This document shows positions 38,368-47,721 of a stretch of 64,000 nucleotides of DNA, in pieces. The stretch is from Deltaproteobacteria bacterium (lineage in GTDB: Bacteria; Myxococcota; Kuafuiibacteriia; Kuafuiibacteriales; Kuafuiibacteriaceae). The notes under the pieces were generated by a model, which worked only from the letters and a program-made list of their open reading frames with translations, had not been told where the DNA came from and searched no databases. Position numbers and translations under genes: made by a program. Positions within the stretch are counted from its first letter, which is position 1. Each line of letters opens with the position of its first letter. The stretch is taken from positions 5,419 to 69,418 of the forward strand of contig WYAZ01000052.1 of assembly GCA_011526105.1 (NCBI GenBank), given 5' to 3'.

Positions 38368-40008
38368 ATGCAGCCGGACGTAAAACGACTCAGCGAACAG
38401 AGCCAAGCCTTCTGGAAACGGCTCAACCTGGTCCGGCGAGTCTTGCTCGTCTCCGTCCTCGTCCTCACCCTCGGTGGGCTCTACTTTGTCACTCTCCCGA
38501 AGTCGGTCGAGTTCGGCGTCCTGTACTCCGGGCTCAGCACCGACGACGCGGCAAAGGTCACCGCCGCTCTCGAGGCCTCGAAGGTACCCTTTCAGCTCAA
38601 GGCCGGTGGAGCGACGGTGGAGGTCCCGGTGGAGCGGGTGGACGGTCTCCGCATCGAGCTGGCCGGCAAAGGTCTGCCTCAGGGCGGCGGCGTGGGCTTT
38701 GAGCTCTTCGATCAACAAAGCTTCTCGACCACGAGTTTCGTCGAGAAGCTGAACTATCACCGTGCGCTCTCGGGTGAGCTCAGCCGCACCCTCACCGCGA
38801 TCGAGGGGGTCGACAAGGCCCGCGTTCACATCGCCGTTCCCGAGCGTTCGCTCTATCGCAGAGAGGATGCACCGCCCTCCGTCTCGGTGGCGCTCAAGCT
38901 GAAGCCGGGTCGCCAACTCAGCCCGGGCCAAGTCCGTGGCATCGTCCATTTGGTGACGACGAGCGTCGCCAAGCTGAGCCCGGATCGTGTCTCGGTGGTC
39001 GACGAGAGCGGAAACATCCTGTGGTCTGGCGACGAAAGCCATGGGGTAGCCTCCGCGCAACGCGATCTCGAGGCGACGCTTCAGCGAAGAGTGAGCGACA
39101 TCCTCGACCGACTCGTCGGTCCAGGACAGTCGGTCGTCGTCGTCACCGCGGAGATGGACACTGCTCGGCAAGAGCGAACGGAAGAACTCTACGACAAGGA
39201 GGGCGCACTCCGCAGTGAGTCGAAGAGCGAGGAGCGACGATTTCAGGAGTCGGAGCGAACGGGCGGCGTGAGCGGGGTCAGCGCCAACCTGCTCGAGAAC
39301 ACCCCTGCCCCGATCGCCGAAGACCCCAGCGCGCCCGATCAGAAGCCACGATCGAGCCGTACGTCGGAGACGCGCAACTTCGAGGTGAACCGCATCGTGA
39401 CGCGAACGGAAGGGCCGAAGGTCAAGGTTCGTCGACTTCACATCGCGGTGCTCATCAACGGCATCGCGCCCACAGAAACGTCCACCCTGACCGCGATGAT
39501 CGGAACCCGAGAGCCGGGTGCGCGTGTGCCCAGCCCTGCGGACCTCACTCGCGTGGCGGCGCTCGTGAGAGAGGCGGCCGGCCTCGATCCCTCGAGAGGC
39601 GATCGGCTCGAGGTTCAAAGCCTCCCCTTTGCGGCCCTGGAGCCGGCGCTTGGCGAAGTGGTCAGCGCCGCCGACGCCTCTTCGTCCTCGCACTGGGCCT
39701 CGAAGCCGCCGATGCTGATCGCTGGCGGCGCCATCGGACTCGTGCTCATCGCGCTCCTCGCCGTTGTTCTTCTGCGCGGACGCGGGTCGAGTGAGTACAT
39801 CCCGCAGCTGTCCTCGCCGATCACCGCATCCGAACTCGAGGCCAAGCTGTCCGAGAACCCCGGCTACCGACTGAGCCCCGCCGACCTCCGGGAGTTGAGT
39901 GTTCGAGAGCGGGTCCAACTCGCGGCGAAGCATGACTCTGCCGCCGCGGCTCGAATTCTGTCTTCGTGGGTCCGCGAGAAGGAATCTTCACGCATGGGAG
40001 GGAACTGA
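38368..40008 (+). CDS. fliF: flagellar MS-ring protein FliF
   Basis: The N-terminal TM helix, YSGLSTDDAAKVTAALEASKVPFQL...VPVERV, the LNYHRALSGELSRTL motif and the C-terminal TM helix are all present. An AAGGAGGA RBS lies upstream. Confidence 0.9.
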   Translation: MQPDVKRLSEQSQAFWKRLNLVRRVLLVSVLVLTLGGLYFVTLPKSVEFGVLYSGLSTDDAAKVTAALEASKVPFQLKAGGATVEVPVERVDGLRIELAGKGLPQGGGVGFELFDQQSFSTTSFVEKLNYHRALSGELSRTLTAIEGVDKARVHIAVPERSLYRREDAPPSVSVALKLKPGRQLSPGQVRGIVHLVTTSVAKLSPDRVSVVDESGNILWSGDESHGVASAQRDLEATLQRRVSDILDRLVGPGQSVVVVTAEMDTARQERTEELYDKEGALRSESKSEERRFQESERTGGVSGVSANLLENTPAPIAEDPSAPDQKPRSSRTSETRNFEVNRIVTRTEGPKVKVRRLHIAVLINGIAPTETSTLTAMIGTREPGARVPSPADLTRVAALVREAAGLDPSRGDRLEVQSLPFAALEPALGEVVSAADASSSSHWASKPPMLIAGGAIGLVLIALLAVVLLRGRGSSEYIPQLSSPITASELEAKLSENPGYRLSPADLRELSVRERVQLAAKHDSAAAARILSSWVREKESSRMGGN

Positions 40009-41018
40009 TGCCGGGCGGTGGAATGATCGACGGAACTACGCGGGCCGCCGCAATCCTGTTGGCTCTGGACGAGGAGACCGCGACGCAGGTGCTGCGACAC
40101 ATGAGCCCCCATGAGGTGCGAGAGCTCACGGACTCAAACACCGTCCGCCCTCCGCCCGAGGCCCTCGAGGATACGTGGCTCGAGTTCGAGCACCTGATGG
40201 CCGACCCCATGCCCATTCGCTTCCAGGCCGCGGGAGAACACATCCTGTCCCTGGCGAAGAAGGTCTTTGGTCGGCAAGAGCTTCTGGAGGAGCGAAAGGT
40301 CCGCGATCCATTCGAGTCCCCGGTCGCTCGCTTGCGTTCGGCCAAGACCAGCACGCTCGCGACACTGCTCGAGGAGGAGCACCCGCAGGTAGCGGCAGCG
40401 GTCATTGGTCAACTCGGGGCCGACCACGCCGCCATCGTCACCGCCGCGCTACCGACGGAGTTCCAGGTCGAGCTCATCGAGCGGCTCGCGCGCACCAAAG
40501 CCATGCCGCCCAGGCTGGTGCTCGAAGCCTCGCAGGCCATCGCGGCCGCGGTGTCCGCCATCGAGGGGCCCGACGCGCCTTCCACGGATGACGAGTTCGA
40601 TGGGATCGGCTTCGCGGCTGCCATTCTCAACGCCCTGAAGGAAGAGCAGGTGAAGCCGCTCCTCCACCGACTGGAGGAGGAGTTCGCGGAGCTCGCGCGC
40701 AGTATTCGCGACAAGATGTTCACCTTCGAAGATCTCGTTCGGCTCGACACTCGGAACCTCCAGTCCGTGATCAAGGAGATCCCACAGGACAGGCTGCTCA
40801 TCGCGCTCAAGACCGCGGAACCCGAACTGCTCGAGCGGTTCTTCTCTGTCGTCTCTTCGCGAGCGGCAGAGACGATGAGAGAGGACCTTGCCCTCCTGCC
40901 GCCGATGCGGGTGTCGGACGTCGAGGCAGCGCAGCAGGAGATCGTGCAAGCCACGTTGACGCTGGCCGAGAACGGTCAGATCCAACTGCCGCGAGGCGGC
41001 GAATCGGAGATGGTATGA
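40008..41018 (+). CDS. fliG: flagellar motor switch protein FliG
   Basis: TRAAAILLALDEETATQVLRHMSPHEVRELT is present, and the C-terminal torque-generating region reads MFTFEDLVRLDTRNLQSVIKEIPQDRLLIALK. The ATG overlaps the fliF stop (ATGA). Confidence 0.9.
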   Translation: MPGGGMIDGTTRAAAILLALDEETATQVLRHMSPHEVRELTDSNTVRPPPEALEDTWLEFEHLMADPMPIRFQAAGEHILSLAKKVFGRQELLEERKVRDPFESPVARLRSAKTSTLATLLEEEHPQVAAAVIGQLGADHAAIVTAALPTEFQVELIERLARTKAMPPRLVLEASQAIAAAVSAIEGPDAPSTDDEFDGIGFAAAILNALKEEQVKPLLHRLEEEFAELARSIRDKMFTFEDLVRLDTRNLQSVIKEIPQDRLLIALKTAEPELLERFFSVVSSRAAETMREDLALLPPMRVSDVEAAQQEIVQATLTLAENGQIQLPRGGESEMV

Positions 41019-41680
41019 GCGGGAGGTTCTTGGGGACGAGAACCCCCCGGGGCGGCCATGAGCCGCGTCCGCTTTCGGAGGTTTGGGAGGTTCGGGCCGG
41101 AAGTCCCAGGCCCGCATGGATGGCCGAGGCGCCGCCGGAGCACGAGCCGCCAACGGGCGCGCGTCGGCCTTCGCTGCCGCCGCCGGCCAGTCCGACAGAG
41201 GCGCGGCTCGATGCGAGCATTGAGCACGCCGCCATGATGGAGCGCCTGATCGACAGCCTCGGACGCCTCGGGGCCGCGGTCGACGAGGCTCGCCCAGCGG
41301 AGGACCTGCTCTCCCTGGCCACTGCGCTGGCGGAGGCCATCCTCGATCGCGAACTCGCGACGAGTCGCGAGACCCTGCTTCGCGCGATCGAGGAGGGACT
41401 CAACGCGATCGGTCCCGAGCGGCCGGTGCGAGTTCGGCTCTCACCCAGAGACCACGACTACGTGGCGGCAGGCAGTCCGGATTTTCCGGAGCGCGGAATC
41501 AAGTTGATCGAAGACGCGCGCCTCGAGCCGGGCCGGGTGCTGCTCGAAAACGAGACGCGCGCCCTGGACGCCTCGGTGGCGACCCAGCTCGAACGCTTTG
41601 TTGCCGCCGTGCGCGAGTCGCTCGCAGAGAACGGTCGTCCCTCCGTCGTGATGCGGCTCATCGGAACGGGGGATCGCTGA
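41015..41680 (+). CDS. fliH: flagellar assembly protein FliH
   Basis: Assigned by its position between fliG and fliI, its 221-aa size and a FliH-like C-terminus. It has ATGA overlaps on both sides. Confidence 0.6.
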   Translation: MSGRFLGTRTPRGGHEPRPLSEVWEVRAGSPRPAWMAEAPPEHEPPTGARRPSLPPPASPTEARLDASIEHAAMMERLIDSLGRLGAAVDEARPAEDLLSLATALAEAILDRELATSRETLLRAIEEGLNAIGPERPVRVRLSPRDHDYVAAGSPDFPERGIKLIEDARLEPGRVLLENETRALDASVATQLERFVAAVRESLAENGRPSVVMRLIGTGDR

Positions 41681-43002
41681 TGCAGACGGAAGATATCCTG
41701 CGCTCGATCCGCAAGATCCCACGCGCCTCACTCCGCGTCATGGAGGTGGGCAAAGTCGTGCGAGTGGTGGGCTCCCTCATCGAGGGTCATGTGCCCGGCG
41801 CAAGGGTCGGCACGCTCGTTCAGATCGAGCAGTCCGGGGAGGGCGTGCTCGCCGAGATCGTCGGTTTCCGCCAGGACCTGGTGCTCATGATGCCGTTCTC
41901 GGACATCCACGGGGTCTCGCGCGGCGCATTCATCTGGCCCACCCATCGACCGGCGAGACTCGGCGTTGGGCACGGGCTGCTCGGGCGGGCCATCGACCCC
42001 CTGGGTCGGCCCGTCGATGGCGGTGGGCCGCTCGTGCCCGCCGAGCAGGTGCCGCTCGGGAGAACGCCGCCGCCGGTCGGTGCCAGGGCACCCATTCAAG
42101 AGCCGTTCGAGACAGGGGTTCGAGCGATCGATGCACTCCTCACCTCCGGTCGCGGTCAACGCGTGGGTCTCTTCGCTGGGGCGGGGGTCGGCAAGACCGT
42201 GCTCATTCGGCAGATCGCGGCCCGAGCGCGCGCGGACGTGGTGGTGTTTGGGCTCATCGGCGAGCGAGGTTGCGAGGTGCGTGATCTTCTCGACTCGGGG
42301 GCCGGAGACCATACCGTCGTGGTGGTCGCGACCTCCGATCGCGCCCCGATGGAGCGCGTTCAGGGCGCTCACGCCGCCACCGCCGTCGCCGAGTACTTTC
42401 GAGACCAAGGAAAGCACGTCCTGCTCATCATCGATTCGCTGACCCGCTACGCGATGGCCTATCGCGAGATCGCGCTCGCGGCGGGGGAGCCCCCGGCCAC
42501 GAAGGGCTATCCGCCGAGCGTCTTTGCTCGGCTCCCGCAGTTGCTCGAGCGCGTTTGCCCGCTCGTGAGCGGCGGATCGATCACCGCCTTCTACACAGTT
42601 CTCGTCGAAGGCGATGACCTCTCGGATCCAGTGGCGGACGCGGCGCGGTCCCTATTGGATGGACACATCGTGCTCAGTCGAAGCCTTGCCGCGCGAGGGC
42701 ACTTCCCGGCCATCGACATGCTCGCGAGCGCATCACGAGTGGCGCTGCAGGTGACCCCGCCCGAGACCCAGCGCGCTGCTCAGCGGGCTCGGGCGTATCT
42801 TGCGGCCTTCCGAGACACGGAGGAGCTCAGGAGCCTCGGTGCCTACACGCCCGGCGCCCATCCCGAAGCCGATCAGGCCCTCGAGGTCGGCGGGCGCATT
42901 CGCAAGTGGTCGACTCAGGGATACGACGAGCGAAGCACGCTTCGACAAGCGGTGAGTTCCCTCGAACTGGCCCTCGACCCCAAGTTCAAGGAGATCTCGT
43001 GA
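41680..43002 (+). CDS. fliI: flagellum-specific ATP synthase FliI
   Basis: Has the Walker A GAGVGKTVLIRQIA, the Walker B LLIIDSLTRYA, and an F1/V1-like fold. Confidence 0.9.
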   Translation: MQTEDILRSIRKIPRASLRVMEVGKVVRVVGSLIEGHVPGARVGTLVQIEQSGEGVLAEIVGFRQDLVLMMPFSDIHGVSRGAFIWPTHRPARLGVGHGLLGRAIDPLGRPVDGGGPLVPAEQVPLGRTPPPVGARAPIQEPFETGVRAIDALLTSGRGQRVGLFAGAGVGKTVLIRQIAARARADVVVFGLIGERGCEVRDLLDSGAGDHTVVVVATSDRAPMERVQGAHAATAVAEYFRDQGKHVLLIIDSLTRYAMAYREIALAAGEPPATKGYPPSVFARLPQLLERVCPLVSGGSITAFYTVLVEGDDLSDPVADAARSLLDGHIVLSRSLAARGHFPAIDMLASASRVALQVTPPETQRAAQRARAYLAAFRDTEELRSLGAYTPGAHPEADQALEVGGRIRKWSTQGYDERSTLRQAVSSLELALDPKFKEIS

Positions 43003-43442
43003 ACCGAGTGGTACAAGTTAGACGCATCGCGGACGCCAAGAAGCGCGTTCGTGATCACTCCGCGGTGCGGCTCGCGGAAGCGGAGCGAAACCTCGCTTCC
43101 GCGCGAGAGGAGCGAACGGAGGCCGAGGCAGATCGTGACGCCGGTCGACGTCAAGCGCGAGCTCGGCTGGATACACCGGTCACCGCTCACGATCTGCTCC
43201 ACATGGAGGAGCTCGAGCGCCTGCACGAACAGAAGGTTGCGGCGCATCGCCAGCTCGAAGGCGCGGTGGAGAAGATCTCCATGCGTGTCCGCGGCGAGCT
43301 CGAACGTGACGCCCGAGCGCATCAACGCCTCGATGCCGTGCGTGAGCGCATGGAGCAAGAGGCTTTCCGTACCGGCGAACGGCGGGAGCAGCGAGTTCAG
43401 GACGAACTCGCGGGCCGCCCTCGAGGAGCGAAGCATGATTGA
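42999..43442 (+). CDS. fliJ: flagellar export protein FliJ (coiled-coil)
   Basis: It is a ~147-aa, highly charged coiled-coil protein located after fliI. The start GTG at 42999 overlaps the fliI stop. Assigned mainly by position and composition. Confidence 0.5.
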   Translation: MNRVVQVRRIADAKKRVRDHSAVRLAEAERNLASAREERTEAEADRDAGRRQARARLDTPVTAHDLLHMEELERLHEQKVAAHRQLEGAVEKISMRVRGELERDARAHQRLDAVRERMEQEAFRTGERREQRVQDELAGRPRGAKHD

Positions 43443-44379
43443 GCTTGCGGGCGCGCTGGCGCCGGTCCTCAACGAATCATCCCCTGCGGGTACGAGCGAG
43501 CCGGCCTCCGTGGCGCTCGATGTGCCGTCGAGCGGCATCGCCTTTGCGCCGAGTCTGAACCTGGCGCTCGGCGATCTCGACACGCCGAGCGATACTATCG
43601 AAGATGAAGCACCGGACGAGGGGACGGAATCACCCCTGCTCCTCGCCGGTGCCATCGACTTGCTCCTCACGGTCTCCTGGCGGGCGCCCATGGATGGGCG
43701 CGGGTCCGGCCCGGCCGCCAGCGAAGCCGAAACCGAGCTTGCGATCGTCGTCTCGAGGGACGACCGATCCGCCGCACCTTCGGAACCGCAAACGAGAGCC
43801 CCGGTACACCTCGATCGACCCCCGCTCGAAGCGAAGTCCGACCGCGCCTCGGGAGAGCTGGAACTTCGCGTCCCAGCGGACGCTCCGGTGGTCGAGGGTG
43901 ATCACGCGGCGATGGAGGTCCTGCTCGCGGAGACTCGCCTCGTGGCCTCTCCCTCTCAGGGCTCGGTCCTTGCGAACTCCCGCATGGAGCCGCCTCGAGG
44001 CGAGCCCACCGCGGCGCGCCTCGAGACCGTCGACTTCGACGCCGCGGTCACCTCACTCGATGCCGATCACGCGGAAGTGATCGTCGGTGAGGGCTCTGAC
44101 CGGCTTCGGCTCGAGATCCAGACTGGCAAGGAAGGCATTCGGGTCTGGGCGGCCGTGCCTTCGCAGGCCATTGGAGAGCTCTTGATCCGACATCAAGACG
44201 TGCTGAGGAGCGCGCTCTCCGCGCAGGGGCTCGAGTTGGTCGAACTCGAGACTCAGACGACGGGGGACCCGTCCGCGGGGCACTCGAATCAGGAAGAGCG
44301 AGAGTGGCCAGCCGACGAGGATCGGGCGTCGTCGAGTCGGCGACCGGTCTGGCTGCAGCGGAGACGAATCGTCGCCTAA
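43435..44379 (+). CDS. fliK: flagellar hook-length control protein FliK-like
   Basis: A Pro/Ala/Ser-rich N-terminal region is followed by a C-terminus (LRLEIQTGKEGIRVWAAVPSQAIGELLIRHQDVLRSALSAQGLEL) that matches the FliK Flg_hook domain pattern. Confidence 0.55.
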   Translation: MIELAGALAPVLNESSPAGTSEPASVALDVPSSGIAFAPSLNLALGDLDTPSDTIEDEAPDEGTESPLLLAGAIDLLLTVSWRAPMDGRGSGPAASEAETELAIVVSRDDRSAAPSEPQTRAPVHLDRPPLEAKSDRASGELELRVPADAPVVEGDHAAMEVLLAETRLVASPSQGSVLANSRMEPPRGEPTAARLETVDFDAAVTSLDADHAEVIVGEGSDRLRLEIQTGKEGIRVWAAVPSQAIGELLIRHQDVLRSALSAQGLELVELETQTTGDPSAGHSNQEEREWPADEDRASSSRRPVWLQRRRIVA

Positions 44380-44391
44380 CTGGGAGGTATC

Positions 44392-45048
44392 ATGCGTATC
44401 GAAGGTCAACTCGACATCGGAGCGGCGCGCGCCGCGGAGAGCGGGAGCGCACGGGGCGCCCCAAAGGACGAGTTCTTGCGTCTCCTGGTCGCCCAGCTGC
44501 GCCATCAGAACCCGCTCGAGCCGCAAGACGGTGCCGCCTTCGTGGCCCAGCTCGCTCAGTTTGCCTCACTCGAGCAGATGACCGAGACCAACGGTCGCCT
44601 GGCTTCGCTCGAAGCCGGCCAGAGCTCGCAGCTTCGCGCTGGCTTCTCGGATCTCGTGGGCAAGCGCGTCACCGTCGCGGGCGACCGCGTCAAGCTGCCC
44701 TTCGTCGACGGACTGAGCCACGGATTCGAGCTCGACGGCCCAGCCAAGTCGTCCGAGCTCGTGGTCTATGACGAGAGCGGCAACGAGGTCCGGCGCATGG
44801 AGCTCGGCCCCAAGGCCAAGGGGCGTCACACCTTCGCATGGGACGGTTTGGGGGCGGAGGGTCAGGCGCTGCCGCCGGGCGAATACAGGTTCGAGGTGCA
44901 GGCCAAAGGTACGGGCGGGGAGAGCCTGCGCTCGACCATGCTTTTTCACGCCGTCATCGACGGCATCGACTTCACTGGGGGTTCGGTTCGTTTCCGCATG
45001 GGCGAACGCACCATGAGCCCCTCGGACATTCTCAGCATCGATTCATGA
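44392..45048 (+). CDS. flgD: flagellar hook assembly/capping protein FlgD
   Basis: FLRLLVAQLRHQNPLEPQDGAAFVAQLAQFASLEQ is the FlgD signature. Confidence 0.8.
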   Translation: MRIEGQLDIGAARAAESGSARGAPKDEFLRLLVAQLRHQNPLEPQDGAAFVAQLAQFASLEQMTETNGRLASLEAGQSSQLRAGFSDLVGKRVTVAGDRVKLPFVDGLSHGFELDGPAKSSELVVYDESGNEVRRMELGPKAKGRHTFAWDGLGAEGQALPPGEYRFEVQAKGTGGESLRSTMLFHAVIDGIDFTGGSVRFRMGERTMSPSDILSIDS

Positions 45049-45078
45049 ACGACCTCGGTCGTCGCACGGGAGGACAAC

Positions 45079-46362
45079 ATGTCAGCATTTAGATCACTCT
45101 TCACCGGCTCGAGCGGGCTTCAGGCGCACGGAGACGCACTGGGCATCGTCGGCGACAACATCGCCAACGTGTCCACTACCGGATTCAAGGCTTCGCGGGC
45201 CGGCTTCGCCGACCTCCTAGGTGGCTACGCGGCCAACGGTCAGCGGGTTGGGCAGGGCGTCCAGATGGCGGGACCCGAAGCGCTCTTTGGGCAGGGCGGT
45301 CTCATGCAGACCGGCAGGGGGCTCGACCTGTCCCTGGAGGGGAACGGGTTCTTCATCGTGAACGGGAATCACCGCGGTGCGGAGGGCTCGTACTACACGC
45401 GAGATGGTCGCTTCGGGTTCGACGACGAGGGCTTTCTCGTGAACACGGGTGGCCTTCGGCTCCAGGGCTACTCGATCGATCCGCAGACCGGAGTCGCTTC
45501 ATCGGCCCTGAGCGATCTCCAGCTCAATCCCAACAGCCCGCCGCGCGCGACTGAGACCGTGGACATGGCGGTCAACCTCGACGCATCGGCGCCCGTATTG
45601 GCCCCCTTCGATCCCACGGACCCAAGCGGGACGTCGAACTTCTCCACCTCCGTGACCGTGTACGACTCGCTCGGACGTCCGCATCGCGCTGATGCGTACT
45701 ACCGGCACCAAGGTGGTGGGACGTGGGAGTGGCACGTGATGGTCGACGGTGCGGAGGTGACGGCGGGGACGCCGGGCACACCGTCCGAGATCGCTTCGGG
45801 TACGCTCTCCTTCGACACGGACGGCGCGCTGACCAATGAGACCACCACGAGCTCCTCCGCGGACTTCGTCGGTGCGACGGCAGGCCAGGTCATCACCTTC
45901 GACTTCGGAACGTCCATCGCAGAGGGCGGCACCGGGCTCGCGGGCACGACCCAGTTCGGTTCGCCCTCGAACGTGATCAGTCTCGCGCAAGATGGCTTCG
46001 CGGCAGGTTCGCTCACCGACGTGCGAGTGGGGCAAGATGGGGTGGTGTCGGCCATCTATAGCAATGGACAACAGCGCGCGCTCGCGCAGATCGGGGTGGC
46101 GAGCTTCGCGGCCGAGTCGGGTCTGGTGCGTGCGGGTGGGCAGCTCTTCTCGGCGTCTCCAGCTTCCGGGGAGGCTCGCGTGGGTACTGCGGCCTCGGGG
46201 GGCCGCGGCAGTATCGCCGCCGGCTTCCTCGAGGGCTCGAACGTCGACATTGGCAACGAACTCGTCACGATGATCGCTTACCAGCGGGCGTTCCAAGCGA
46301 ACGCTCGAACGGTGAGTACCGCCGACGAGATGCTGGCCGAGATCGCCAATCTGAAGCGCTGA
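45079..46362 (+). CDS. flgE: flagellar hook protein FlgE
   Basis: MSAFRSLFTGSSGLQAHGDALGIVGDNIANVSTTGFKASRAGF is the FlgE N-terminus, and LVTMIAYQRAFQANARTVSTADEMLAEIANLKR is the C-terminus. Confidence 0.9.
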   Translation: MSAFRSLFTGSSGLQAHGDALGIVGDNIANVSTTGFKASRAGFADLLGGYAANGQRVGQGVQMAGPEALFGQGGLMQTGRGLDLSLEGNGFFIVNGNHRGAEGSYYTRDGRFGFDDEGFLVNTGGLRLQGYSIDPQTGVASSALSDLQLNPNSPPRATETVDMAVNLDASAPVLAPFDPTDPSGTSNFSTSVTVYDSLGRPHRADAYYRHQGGGTWEWHVMVDGAEVTAGTPGTPSEIASGTLSFDTDGALTNETTTSSSADFVGATAGQVITFDFGTSIAEGGTGLAGTTQFGSPSNVISLAQDGFAAGSLTDVRVGQDGVVSAIYSNGQQRALAQIGVASFAAESGLVRAGGQLFSASPASGEARVGTAASGGRGSIAAGFLEGSNVDIGNELVTMIAYQRAFQANARTVSTADEMLAEIANLKR

Positions 46363-46421
46363 TCGCGTCAGAATCCACGACACTCACGCCCGCGACCCAG
46401 CAGCATCCTCGGAGTCTTCGC

Positions 46422-46437
46422 TGGCCTCTAGATTGCA
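46422..46437 (+). promoter_or_regulatory. sigma54 (-24/-12) promoter for the fliM...flgL operon
   Basis: cTGGCCTctagaTTGCAaa has GG and GC exactly 12 nt apart. The -12 C lies at 46436 and the fliM GTG at 46449. Confidence 0.5.
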
Positions 46438-46448
46438 AAGTCTCCGGC

Positions 46449-47414
46449 GTGGCCCAACTCACTGCAGAAGAGCTGGCGGCGATTCGCGACCAGGTCTCCA
46501 AGAAGGTAGCGGCCTCGGCCGATCCTGTCACGGAGCTCGTCGTCACCCCCATCGCCCTCATCCAGGACGATCGATCGGCAGAGCGGATTCGGCCCGACGC
46601 CCTTCGCCTCTCCGAGCATTGGGTCAAGCGAGCGACGACCTCCATCCGTCGCGCCTCGAGCCTCACGATCGATCTCGCGTCCACGAGACTCGACGTCATC
46701 GAAGGCAGCTCCCTTCGGCCGACCTTCGCGTCGAGCTGGACGCGCTTCCTCGAGGACTCCACACGCAAGCGTCCCGTCCTCCTGACGGTGGAGGGTCCCT
46801 TCGTGGAGGCCGTGACCGCCCGGCTCTTGGGCGCGACGGATGAGAAGCCGGGCCGGCCACGCGCGCCCTCCGAGGTGGGCAGGGCGCTCTTCGCGCGGAT
46901 CGGCCAACTGATCGCTGCGTCGTTCCGTGCGGTCGCGCTCGAGACCGCTGACATCGAGCTCGTCGAGGTCGAAGGTCGGGAACCCGCCGACGATCTCCGC
47001 CGGTACTTCCTGGAGCAAGATTCACTCATCGCGGTGACCATCGAGACCACGCAGCCCGCCGAAGGCCGATGGCGACTCATCACGCGACCCGAGACACTCT
47101 CGAGCCGACCCCATGGAAGCGGACACATCGCGCGCCCCTCCCGACGCTTGCTCGAGGAGCTGCTCGAGCCCGTTCGGGTTGAGGTCTCGGTGGAACTCGG
47201 CCGAGCTCGTCTCGCCATCCGAGAGCTCAAGGACCTCGTTCCCGGCGCGCTCTTCGAGCTCGATACCTCGGTCGAGTCTCCTCTCCCCATTCGCTGTGGA
47301 AACGTGATCAAAGCCTACGGAAAGCCGGTCCTCGTCAGTGGGGCGGTCTCCGTCGAAATCTGCAATCTGATGCCCGCTCAAGGAGAAACTCAACATGAGA
47401 ACGTCGAATCCTGA
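46449..47414 (+). CDS. fliM: flagellar motor switch protein FliM
   Basis: The N-terminal CheY-P-binding-like LTAEELAAI lies at the very N-terminus, and a C-terminal SpoA-like domain is present. Confidence 0.8.
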   Translation: MAQLTAEELAAIRDQVSKKVAASADPVTELVVTPIALIQDDRSAERIRPDALRLSEHWVKRATTSIRRASSLTIDLASTRLDVIEGSSLRPTFASSWTRFLEDSTRKRPVLLTVEGPFVEAVTARLLGATDEKPGRPRAPSEVGRALFARIGQLIAASFRAVALETADIELVEVEGREPADDLRRYFLEQDSLIAVTIETTQPAEGRWRLITRPETLSSRPHGSGHIARPSRRLLEELLEPVRVEVSVELGRARLAIRELKDLVPGALFELDTSVESPLPIRCGNVIKAYGKPVLVSGAVSVEICNLMPAQGETQHENVES

Positions 47415-47721
47415 TCCCAGTCCGAGCGCCGCGCTCAGCGCGTCGGAAGGCGTTCGCCCGGGCACCATGGAATCCATGCTCAGCGACGTTCCCCTCCATC
47501 TGTCCGTCGAGCTCGGCCGAACGACGATGACGCTGAGGGAGCTCGCCGATCGACTGGGGCCGGGCTCGGTCATTCCACTCAGCAAGATGACGGGTGAGAA
47601 GCTCGACATTCGCATCAACAACCAGCTCGTCGCTCGAGGAGAGGCGGTCGCGGTCGGGGAGCGCTACGGCATTCGGATCACGGAGCTCCTCAAGAGCGGG
47701 AACGAGGGAGGCGTCCGATGA
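47395..47721 (+). CDS. fliN: flagellar motor switch protein FliN
   Basis: The SpoA domain reads VPLHLSVELGRTTMTLRELADRLGPGSVIPLSKMTGEKLDIRINNQLVARGEAVAVGERYGIRITEL. Confidence 0.8.
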   Translation: MRTSNPDPSPSAALSASEGVRPGTMESMLSDVPLHLSVELGRTTMTLRELADRLGPGSVIPLSKMTGEKLDIRINNQLVARGEAVAVGERYGIRITELLKSGNEGGVR

